DNA of 64,000 nucleotides from Octopus sinensis (Eukaryota): NCBI RefSeq assembly GCF_006345805.1, contig NW_021832612.1, positions 39,787 to 103,786 of the forward strand, read 5' to 3'. Shown piece by piece: positions 41,068 to 52,012 of this stretch (position 1 is its first letter; each line of letters starts with the position of its first letter). The notes under the pieces were generated by a model. It saw only the letters and a program-made list of their open reading frames with translations, ran no database searches and was not told where the DNA came from. The position numbers and the translations under genes were made by a program.

Positions 41068-42337
41068 CGAGGGGCGTTCAATAAGTAATGCCCCTGACCC
41101 ACTTCCCATAGCAGTAGAGCAACGAAACTTGGCACAGTTATTAGTCTTTTTCTACATAGGAACCACCCAGAGTTACGCATTTCACACATCGTTTGATGCA
41201 GCTCTGGAGACCATTTTTGTAGAAGATCCCGGCTTGGTCCTCCAACCACGACGTGACTTCAGAAATCAAGGCTGCATCATCTGGGAAACGCTTTCCTTTC
41301 AAAAACAACTTCATGGCTGGGAAGAGATGAAAATTAGAGGGTGCAGGGGGATGAGTTCATAGCCGTACGCCTGTGCTTCTGATCTGGCGACACGCGAGTT
41401 GTGGACCGGAGCGTTGTCCTAAAGGAAGAGGATGCCTTTGCTGATCTTGCCCCGCCTCTTGATTTTGATAGCTTCTCTTAACTTCCTCAAAAGTGAAGCA
41501 TAATAGGCTCCTGTAATTGTGGCACCCTTTGGCAGGAAATCTGTCATCAGTACTCCGTCCTGGTCCCAGAAGACTGTGAGCATTACCTTGCCAGCAGAGG
41601 GCTGCACCCTTGCCTTCTTTGGAGGAGGTGAGTCATGGTGTGTCCACTGCATTGACTGGGCTTTGGTCTCTGGATCATAGTGATGGACCCAGGTTTCATC
41701 CTGTGTAATCAGTCTTTTGAAAAATTTTGACTCATCTTCTTGGCACATCTCCAAATTCATCCTCGAGCAATCGACACGTTTTTGCTTCTGGAAAGATGTG
41801 AGCAACCTGGGAATCCATCTGGCAGACACCCTTTGCATATGCAAATGGTCATGAATGATAGTTTCCACAGACCCGGTACTAATCTTGACCTCATGGGCTA
41901 TTTGGCGAATAGTTATGCGTCGATCTTCCAAAATGGCAGCCTCAACATGACGGACAGATGCCTCATCAATGGCAGAAGGGGGCGACCAGATCTGGGAGCT
42001 GTTTCCACAGAGTTCCGACCATGTTTGAATTCACGATGCCAGCGTTTTACAAGGTCATATGATAGGGCATCATCACCATAAGTTACTTTCATTTCATCAA
42101 CAGTTTCCCGTGGTGTGCGTTCTTTCAAATACAAAAACCGGATCACTGCTCGACACTCAACAGTCTCCATTTCACACTTGACTCAGTTCAAACACCTGTA
42201 AATCAGAAACCACAATTAGTTCAGAGCTGTAATTTGCCACTTAATTTATAAAGATATAAATAATTGTACATGCAAAATTTCAGCTAAATCAAATAAATGC
42301 AAGTGGGTCAGGAGCATTACTTATTGAACGCCCCTCG
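41068..42337 (-). mobile_element. Full-length mariner element with TIRs, inactive
   Basis: TIR CGAGGGGCGTTCAATAAGTAATGC(C/T)CCTGACCCACTT at both ends, TA target duplication; transposase WIPRLL and ITQDETWVHHYDPE; frameshift near 41950, stop at 41419, and loss of the YSPD motif. Confidence 0.93.
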
Positions 42338-42376
42338 TACATATGTATATACGTACATATACATATGTATACATAC

Positions 42377-42439
<63 letters not shown>

Positions 42440-42511
42440 CATATAATCACACACACATGTATATATATATATACACATACATATAATCACACACACATGT
42501 ATATATATATA

Positions 42512-43047
42512 CAGGGTGTCCCCCAAAAATGTATACACTTGCTGCAACAGTCTGTCATGCCAAGCATTAGAGAGAACTTTGAACAGGAAGAGTTTTATTT
42601 CCAGCAAGATGGGGCACCTCCACACTACCATCGCGATGTTAGATCCTTTCTTGATGGGATCTTGCCAAATAGGTGGATTGGACGGAGAGGTTTTGTCGAA
42701 TACCCTCCACGTTCACCAGACATCACACCACTAGACTTCTTTTTAAGGGGATACCTAAAGGACAAAGTCTACGCACAGAAACCTGCAACAGTCGTTCAAT
42801 TGAGGGCAACTATTGAACATGAATGTACGAATATCCCAAGGGAATTGTTCCATGATGTATGCCATTCCATCGCTTCGCGTTGTCAGCAGTGTCTGGAGCA
42901 GAACGGACATCAGTTTGAGAACATGCGATAACAAGACAATAGAATGATATTTGTAAATTCTTTTACATGTTGAAAATTATTCGAATTATAATAAACCCCA
43001 AATTTACAATTATTTAAGGTGTGTATACATTTTTTGGGGACACCCTG
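42512..43047 (+). mobile_element. Internally deleted DD41D (rosa/Visitor-type) Tc1/mariner element
   Basis: TIRs CAGGGTGTCCCC(C/A)AAAAATGTATACAC with TA flanks; [19 protein letters not shown] has 41 residues between the second and third Asp. Confidence 0.88.
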
Positions 43048-43061
43048 TATATATGTATATA

Positions 43062-43092
<31 letters not shown>

Positions 43093-43094
43093 AC

Positions 43095-43451
43095 CCTATA
43101 CATACACACGTCCAGACCCCTCCTACGCACTATTAGCTGGTCCTTCAACCCTATTATCAACCCTATTATCAACCCTATTATCTCCCCTTATTTCGCTCTC
43201 GCGTCTCATGTTTGATCTTTGACCTCTGGCCGAAATCAGATCGCCATGTTGATTCGTTAGCTACTGCACGCATTTTTTTTCTCTCCTTCTTTCTGTGTTT
43301 TTTTTCTCTCTGTGTATCTTTCTGTTGAAGAGCGTAGGCTCGAAACGTTAAAGACTTGTTTTATTTATATTTCCTGAGCGCCATACTAATACAATTGTTC
43401 GTTTGTTTTCCACCTGCCTTCGTCTTTTGTCTATTTTCATAAAGCTTCCCG

Positions 43452-43452
<1 letters not shown>
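43095..43452 (+). mobile_element. Second copy of the Penelope pLTR-like repeat with hammerhead-like motif
   Basis: Reverse complement of the 32430-32745 region; embedded in (TA)n. Confidence 0.6.
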
Positions 43453-43506
<54 letters not shown>

Positions 43507-43799
43507 CACAGTGTATTACAAGTAAAACTGTATAACTTACTCTGTCGAATGTTGCACTTTAATTTTTCCTATTAAAAGTGAAATTGTTTATAACTTACTC
43601 CGTCGAAGGTTTCACTCTTATTTTACGAGTTTTGGGACGTAATACGGAACCAGCGCCAGTGCTGCATTGTTTGAATTCAAAGAAATTACATCTTGACACT
43701 CCTGGGGTCTGATAGTATTGCCATGTATAGTTTGATTTGATTCGGTTGAGCTGTTTGAGAATGCATTGGGACCAGACAGATATACAAAGCATTTTATAT

Positions 43800-44210
43800 A
43801 TTTATAGATAAATTAGTGGCGGGGAAGAGTGACGATGTTCTTCGGGACGCTCTGAGCGCCGACGAGAACGAACTGGTGTGTCTGTTCCGTAGGAGTTTCC
43901 GTTCGGGAACTATCGTGGATATTTTCCAGATGTCTTTGGCCTGAAAGTGCTACCAAGCGGCGCTACTAGTTCGCGATAAACTCTACAGACGAGCTTGTCC
44001 GCGGGGCGCGCAGAGTGACGAGACTGTTTGCACGCCCTCGTTCACTGTCTGAGTATTGCTGAGTTATGTCGAACAGATGGGATGGATCCGTCAGTCGGTC
44101 GAGTCTGTAGTGATTATCCCACCGCCGCTCTACTTCAATCGCATAGGTAAAGCAGTTTCTCTCTGCCCGGTGACTGTGGTGAAAGACGTTGTTTGATGAA
44201 CAAGGCTGAA
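43800..44210 (+). mobile_element. L1/Tx1-like LINE 3' fragment
   Basis: Homologous to 1105-1520 and 9480-9900 (DETVCTPSF / IRQS region). Confidence 0.55.
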
Positions 44211-44259
44211 AGACATGAGAGAAAGTGAGAGTGGGCAGGGAAGTGCTGTCCTTAAGCGA

Positions 44260-45560
44260 GTTCCTTTCATTGGCCAATTTCACTATTTTTCCAGCAACTT
44301 CAGTAATTCTTCTTCATGTCCTTTTTGTCCTCTTGTTTTCCCTTTTTCTCTGCTTTTAGTGCACCCTCGTTTCCAACTGACACTAGCTAGGTATCTCATT
44401 CAGCTTTCGGCTTCAATATGCACGCAGTCTTCCACACTTATCAGTCCCCTTCTTCCATTTGTTCTCTTCATGTATAGGTGATCAGTGTCTGCCCGCGGAT
44501 GATGGGCTCCATGCATGGTTAGGCGCTTTCTTGACTTAGTTCCTCCTCTGATCACTTGAGGATTCCAGCGCCATACCAAACTGCTGCCACTGCACGCGAC
44601 TTTATTGCCGAAATTCTGTTTCTGGCATTCAGTTTTGAAGCAAACATCTTTCTCGCCCGCCTCAGGTACTCTCTTTTTGTCTTTTTCCTTTATATCGTGG
44701 TGTTTGATTCCATCTACCTCTAGTATTCACAGGTATTTGTAGCTGGATTGAACTTGAATAGCCTTCATCATTTCCTTCTGTCCTGTTTTTCCTTTATATC
44801 GTGGTGTTTGATTCCATCTACCTCTAGTATTCACAGGTATTTGTAGCTGGATTGAACTTGAATAGCCTTCATCATTTCCCTTCTGTCCTGACAAGCTTTC
44901 CTCGTCTCATCATCCTCGTAGTACATTTTGAGACTCCAAATTCCATCTTAATATCATTGGAGAAAATCCGCTCAAACTGGACTAGGCAGTCCAGTCCTGC
45001 CTCAGTTTTTGAATAGCTTCCATGAATAGCATCCATGAATAGCAAGTGGTTCAGTTTTCCCTTACCCCTTCCTCATTATGTCTTGTTAGTCATCATCGTG
45101 TTCTTGTGATATAGCTCTTCGCATTACTTTTGCTTCATTTGCTGATAAGGCATCTACATTTACACATCGCTCTACTTCTTCACTGCCGTCTTTCATTTTT
45201 CTCTTCTCACTGGGCACGTTATCTGTTGATGAAGTATTATTTCTATATTCTACTTTTCGTTTTATCACTTCTCTTTCCATGTCTGTTAACCACCCTTTTA
45301 CGCTTATTGCTCTTGCCTGGCCGGCTAACCATTGCTCACTTGTTTCGAAGGGTCCTATCTCATTACATTTTGCTTTCATTCGTCGTCGGAATCCCCTTCT
45401 ACTGGGTTCATTCCTGATCCAGCATACAATTACCATTCTGTTTGCCTCATAATCCCACTTTCTCTGCCTCGCGGTTTATGTACAAGCAGTCTCTGGATGA
45501 CCACTGGTTTTAGCATGGGTTTTCGTACACTTAGTTTTTATGTGCTTGTTTCCAGTTCGT
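44260..45560 (-). mobile_element. Deleted R4/Dong element (N-terminus joined to post-RT part), with a 104-bp tandem duplication at 44682-44890
   Basis: RRGFRRRMKAK..SEQWLAGQARAI..KGWLTDME N-terminal motif; YKYL and HHPRADTDHLYM remnants. Confidence 0.65.
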
Positions 45561-48507
45561 CTAATTCTGGGATTTGTTGTATTTGGAATTCACTTAGATA
45601 TACCTTTGCCTGTTTTGTTACTGAGTATGACGCTTTCTTGTTTCCGTGCTTTAAGACAAGTTTTAACATCTAGTCATCAGAGTTTTTCTAACTCTTTTAT
45701 GACATTCTGCCGGTCAAGGTTAACGTTAGATGTTTCTGTCATTTTTCCTTTGATAAATGTAGCTTTTGCACATTTATCGAGGCCAAATTGCATTCTGATG
45801 TTATCACTGAATTGTTTAACAATCGTTAGTAAGCCCTTCAGTTGTTGGTCATTTTTTGCAAAGAGCTTTAAATCATCCATGTAAATGAGATGATTTATAT
45901 CTTTATAAAACATTTTATATCCGTACTGTGGGTCATTGAGCAATTTTGAGAGAGGTATTATGGCTAAACAAAAGAGGAGTGGTGATAGCGAGTCACCCTG
46001 GAAAATGCCCTATGAAATTTTTACATCACCAGCAATTAGATATTCATCGTCACTGTTCAAAGTTAGTGTGGTTCTCCATGACCTCATACTTACAGACAAA
46101 AAGTTTCGCAGAGTAGGCAATATTTTATACATTTCCAGGCATTTCTTCATCCAGCTATGTGGTAGGCTATCAAAAACCTTTTTATAGTCTATCCAGGTTA
46201 TTGACAATCTTCTAACATCATCTTATTGATGTGTAGTTGATCTTTACAACCATAGGATCCACGTTTACATCCTTTCTGTCCATTAGGGAATATGCTGCTG
46301 TCTGTAAAAAACTATAGGTATATTCAGTCAGGACAGATGTTAGCGTTTTATACATAGCTGTTAAGCAAGTTATGGGTCTATAGTTTTTTGGTTCATTTCT
46401 TTCTTCACTTTTTGGAAGCAGGAATGTTAAACCATTAACTAGCCTAGAAGGCATCCTACTAGGGTGTTGCAAAACATCGTTGTAAAGTTCTATTAGCAGT
46501 TCATGGCTCTCTGGGAAGGCATTCAACCAGAAGTTAAGAATTTTATCCCTTCCTGGAGACTTCTATTTGCTTGACCTGCTGAAAGTAGATCTTATATCTT
46601 CTACCTTGACACCCTCTCACTTTTGCTCCTCTAAGGAGTCCAAGTCTGTAGATATTCTATCAATCTAGGGGGCCTTTTCGTTGTGTGTTTTTTCTTCTGC
46701 CCAAATTTTATTCCAAAATCACTGCACTTCTTCTTTTGATGGTACAGATTTTACAGTAACTGATGTTTTCCCTATCTTCCTGTAAAAATTCTTGGGGTTA
46801 TTTTTGAACATGTTGTTGTCCTTGAAGAATCTAACGAGCTTTTCATTCATCGCTATGCGGGCAACTTTAGCACATACCTTTTGCTTGATGGTTTCTATGG
46901 TGGCATCAATATCAAGTATAGTTTGCATATTATATTTTTATCTTTAATTTTGGGGTGTTTTTAGGTTGGTAGTCTTGTCAACCTTGAGGTTTTTCAAACT
47001 TTCAATGTCAGACCTAAGTAGTTTAATTTGTTGTTGGATACGCTCTTGCCAAGAAGGCTTTTTGTGGGAATGTTACCGTTTTCTAATATTTTCTCCACAT
47101 AGAATCGTTGAGATTTTCGCGGATGCATAGGACAGGTGGTTGAGATCTGTGATATCAACATCATTAGCTGAAATTATATCCTTAAGTGCAAGGCGGATTT
47201 TACCAATTATTTTCATGTTTTTGTTAGAGTTGCGGATTTTAGGGAGTGTATCGCGTTCATCTATACTGGTTTCTTTAATTTTCAGCCATTCAATAGTGAT
47301 TTGATTTTTTTAGCTCATGTAGTTTTGTTGGGTCAATATTTGTGTGACTTTCTTCATCTATTTGATGTTCATCTGTCTTAGTGTTTATGGTTGGTTCAGG
47401 GAGTATTTCACATTGCCTATCAATTATACTAACTCTTTCAATCCTTACTACGTTTTTATCAGCCCTGAGCTGGTCTATAATTATTTCCTCTGTATTATCT
47501 TCTTTAACTACGGCTTCGTTGTTTTTATCCTTTACTGCTTGTCTAATTTGGTCAATCTCTACTTCAGTCAGTAATTTTTTTTTTATAATGTTTCTTCTGA
47601 CATTGGCAAGTTTGTTACTGTCTATGTAGGGTCTTACTTCAGGATGTTTCTGTCTCCAGTTTAAGTATGCTTGTACAGTATTAGATTTGTCTGTGGGGAA
47701 ATATATGGCATGGTAGTAGGCCGCAAGAACTTCTTTATTATCATCCCTAGACCATTTTTCATTCTTTTTCTTTTGGATATTTGATGACGGGTATGGATGG
47801 CGATCTGTTGGAATATTCCGGTTGTGAGTTACGTCCAGCTCCTGTGTGTCGGGAAGATTTGAACCGGTAGCTGATTTTTCAACTCGAATCTGGTTCAATA
47901 TTCGGGTATGTGGTCTTTTGTAAACCGATTGATGACCATTGCGGTTTGTAATTTGTTTTGCTAACTGTAAGGCATGACGAGCTTCGACGCTTACATTAGG
48001 AGGCGGATCTGTCAGTTTAGGGTCAACTTTTTGCGACAACACTGACTTCGTGTTCTCTGCATGTAAACATTGTTCGTAGCGTAGCTTCTTAAGGCTAGCA
48101 GATCCGTATTCGTTTGTTACTTTTTTTATAGATTTATCTCCGAACATAGTTTTTTTTTGTTGTGTTTTTTAAACTTATGAAAGGTTCACTCTGTCTGTGT
48201 TAGTTCGAAAAAATGAAAATAAAATAAGAAAAACAATGCAAGTTGGCTTTGTTTTTGCATGGTTTGTGACACGTTCTTTCGTGTACGTGAGTGTGTATCC
48301 TGTAAATTTCACTTAGTGCGTACAATAACTTTGGGATGTATGTGTAGTCCTAAGGGTATCAAAATGTATATATGTTTGTATAGACATTCGAGTGTATGCG
48401 TAATTACTCAATTTATGTACTATTTTCGTCCGTTTATATTTTATAATTTGTAAACTTTCCGGTGTTGATATCGCGTGTGTTTCGCACATGTTTCATTGAG
48501 ACACCCT
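45560..48507 (-). mobile_element. R4/Dong element retaining its N-terminus, 3'-truncated and degenerate
   Basis: N-terminal ORF 47290-48147 (KWSRDDNKEV..DSNKLANVRRNII), NYRPITCL, WIDYKKVFDS and YMDDLKLF; abuts the ATT array at 48508. Confidence 0.85.
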
Positions 48508-48535
48508 TATTATTATAATTATTATTATTATTATT

Positions 48536-48597
<62 letters not shown>

Positions 48598-48642
48598 TGT
48601 TGCTGTTGCTATTATTACTATCATCATCATCATCATCATCAT
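48508..48642. repeat. Compound (ATT)(GTT)(GTC)(ATC) microsatellite
   Basis: Direct reading. Confidence 0.9.
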
Positions 48643-48782
48643 CTCTTTACACAATATTGATATCTATTAATTATTACTCGTTAATCTAAATTAATAAAAC
48701 CATTCACCGTGAAATAGTCCCACCACCATTACGAAAAACTCCAAAAAACAACATTGATTTATCTATTTTCTTCTTCTTACAG

Positions 48783-49013
48783 GAAGATGTCCTTTGGATT
48801 TGATTTACAAAACTGTTCTAAGTTCAAACAATCAGTTGGGTGTCTTTAATGTTTCTAATTACAAACAATGTCTGCATAAATGCAAAGTAAAACCAAATTG
48901 CCGGTCGTTTGACTATTACTTTAATAAGAAAAGATGCCAGTTGTCAACTAAAGATCATACAATATTTCAGTTGCGTTTTCAAAAGGATTACATTTACACC
49001 GAAATAAACAGAG
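48783..49013 (+). CDS. Internal exon (phase 1-1, 231 bp) encoding a PAN/apple domain, paralog 2
   Basis: Same acceptor and donor as 12264; RCPLDLIYKTVLSSNNQLGVFNVSNYKQCLHKCKVKPNCRSFDYYFNKKRCQLSTKDHTIFQLRFQKDYIYTEINR, with all 5 Cys conserved and no indels. Confidence 0.85.
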
Positions 49014-49165
49014 GTAAGGGCGTCATTTTCTTGTTTTTATTTATTTATTTTGTTGGAATTATACACAGTCAGTTGGACGAGATTAGGCACCACCTTCAAA
49101 AATATATCGATTGGTTAAGTCTAACTTCATATAAAGGTACGGACACATTACCAAATTAGATTCAC

Positions 49166-49293
<128 letters not shown>

Positions 49294-51301
49294 TGATAGA
49301 GGGACATACATACATAAATACATACATGCATACATGCATGCATCATTCATGCATGCATACATGGATGCATACATGTATGTACGCATACATACATACATGG
49401 ATGCATGCATGCATACATACATACACACATACATAAATGCATGCATACACACATTCATATATAGATACATACATGCACACGCACACACTCATACGTACAG
49501 ATAACTACTAAATAATCGATGAGCAATAGGGACGAAGATAGCACCAAACCTCCATGCTGTGATGGAAAATGTCGGCTCTGCTATACCAGTGTGAAAGATG
49601 TCACCCACATCATCAGCAGTTGCGACAAAATGCCTACGAGATTCTACGTGCCCCTGAGGCATGATATAGTTGCAAAGACTATTTACGATGCTACCCATAG
49701 GAAGGACTGCTCGGACGTATAGATCAAAGCCATGTTAGAACCAGCAAGTAATCAGACCTTTTGAAAGCAAGGAATACTGGTGGAACTCCCCACCCCCTAA
49801 AAACATCAGTTCGGTGCAAATATAGCAGACCTGATATTGTTCTGTGGTTCAGGGGAAAAAAGTCATGCACTATTGCAGGGGTCAGCTGACCAGCGGATGT
49901 GTATGTACAATCAAAAGTCTTAGGAAGATAGAACATTTAAGGCAAACTTACAGCTCTTGTACCCTGACCATAAAGTCTCGTTTGCACCTTTCATCAGAAA
50001 TGCATTAGATTATGTAGCAGAAATTTTGCACATTTGCAGAAAAACCTATAAATACTCGGTTTCACAGAGAAAGAGCAAAAGAAAAACTGACGCGGATTGT
50101 CCAAATCCAATGTTTTAGTGGCACAGTGAAGATTTGTAAAACATTCCCAAACTACTCCATCTGTGATTCTTATGTGAATAGATGCACACGATTGAGTATG
50201 CATCGACAGTCCCACCAACTCAACCACATAATTGCAATCACCGGGAACTCACTCATCTCAAAAACTCTTGTCCCTTTCTTACCGACTGTATGATTATTGC
50301 ATTCAGATGGCGGGAATTTTCTCCATTCGCTTCTTGCGTTGAAAGACAATTTGAAACAGCGAAGTGTGTACAGACACAAAAGTATGCTTCAAACTGCTGA
50401 CAGACCAATTCTTTTAATAGAACCTGTCTTGAAGTTCGAGAACCAAGTCAAATGTTGTGCCCGGGGAGATGGTATTTCTTTTACGACCCTGTCTCTTTGA
50501 ATCATCCTCAAAACCCAGCAGCAACCGGGGATCTTTATTGAAGAGTGGTGGCGTGAAACGATCTTGTGCCAGACTTACCTAGAGAAAGGGAATTCATCAT
50601 CTTTAAAGTACTGCCTGAATCCCTCAACAATGATGACGTTGGCTGCCAAGGAAAATCAATGTTACATTTACTGATGCTCTGCAAGACAGTACATGGATTC
50701 CTCGGTAATGATAGTAAGAAGCCGTTTTAGGGACTCTGATGGATCGGCAAGAACGACGGAGGGAATTACTTTTCTACAGGAACCGAAAGTTGTAAATGTC
50801 TTGCTTCTATTTATTCCAATTGACACAAATTTTGGACATGGTGCCAATTGAAAATATTTTTTCAGAAACATAGACATGTCCAGTATCATAGTTGAAGACA
50901 CCTCTTTTCCACAGCTCATGTGTGTATGGCGGAGATCTAGCCTCTGTTCGTCTTCCTCTGTGAACATTCTGTCTATTCTGTGCAGCCTATTTGCCGGAAT
51001 TCCCTTGGAGTTGCGTTCTTCACCAGACAACTCCAGTTATCTGTGAACAACCTGTTTGGAAGTGTTCTGTTTATGGTGATAATCGTTCCATGACATGGCT
51101 AAGCTCTCTTTATTATTATTATCATTATTATTATTATTATTATCATTGTCATTTACTTTTAATCTGCATGTTTGATGCAATCACCTGCCGGGGCACACCC
51201 AGCGCCCTAGGGCAAGTGAAGGTTAAGAGTTGTTGAAATATAGCTGAAAGCTTGGGGAGGGGAAGTAGAGAAATATCTCCATGTAATACAAACACAAACA
51301 T

Positions 51302-52012
51302 TTACATTGATAGGGTTTTTCTAAGGATGTGGGCAGTACTTGTTAGCACAATCTTTTGGATTTCCTTGAGACATGGTTTTCCAGGGATATTGTCTAGGTG
51401 TTTCTGACATCCCTTTTTTATCATACCTAGGGCACCTACAATAACAGGAACAGTTTTTGTTTTAAGATTCCACATCCTCTGTATTTCGATTTCCAGGTCC
51501 TTATATTTACTAAGTTTGTCAAATTCCTTGACAGATACATTTTTATCAGTGGGGACGCTTACTTCTATTAGTCTGCAGGTATTTTCTTCCCTGTCTTTAA
51601 CAATTATGTCTGGTCGATTAGCCTTGATCGTTCTGTCAGTGTTGACTGGAAAATCCCAGAGGATGGTGACATCTTTACCTTCAACAACTGGCTGAGGGTG
51701 GTGTTCATACCAGTTAGCAGGAGTGTCGGATTTGTAGTGTTTACATATCTTCCAATGTATATACTGTCCTACCCTATCGTGGCGATTTTTGTATTCGTTT
51801 GGTGTCAGCACAGGACATCCCGAAACGAGATGGTCTATTGTTTCGTCAAATGTGTCGCAGAATCTGCATTTAGCGTCAGTACCGTTTCGGAGAACGTTAG
51901 CCTGGTAATTTCTGGTAAACAAGCTTTGATCTTGTGCTGCCATTATGAAGCCTTCAGTCTCTGCTTTCAATCCAGAACTCTTCAGCCACTGATGGGTTGT
52001 TGCTTGGTCTTT
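51302..52012 (-). CDS. R4/Dong C-terminal zinc knuckle plus restriction-like endonuclease (frameshifted continuation)
   Basis: AAQDQ, CRFC..ETIDHLVSGC, RHD, RPDII..EVSVP..KEFDKLSKYKDL. Confidence 0.85.
   Translation of the reverse strand, partial: KDQATTHQWLKSSGLKAETEGFIMAAQDQSLFTRNYQANVLRNGTDAKCRFCDTFDETIDHLVSGCPVLTPNEYKNRHDRVGQYIHWKICKHYKSDTPANWYEHHPQPVVEGKDVTILWDFPVNTDRTIKANRPDIIVKDREENTCRLIEVSVPTDKNVSVKEFDKLSKYKDLEIEIQRMWNLKTKTVPVIVGALGMIKKGCQKHLDNIPGKPCLKEIQKIVLTSTAHILRKTLSM

Noticed and set aside
44682-44890. Near-perfect 104-bp tandem duplication
   Set aside because: Inside a dead R4 fragment; local slippage or an assembly artefact with no functional signal.
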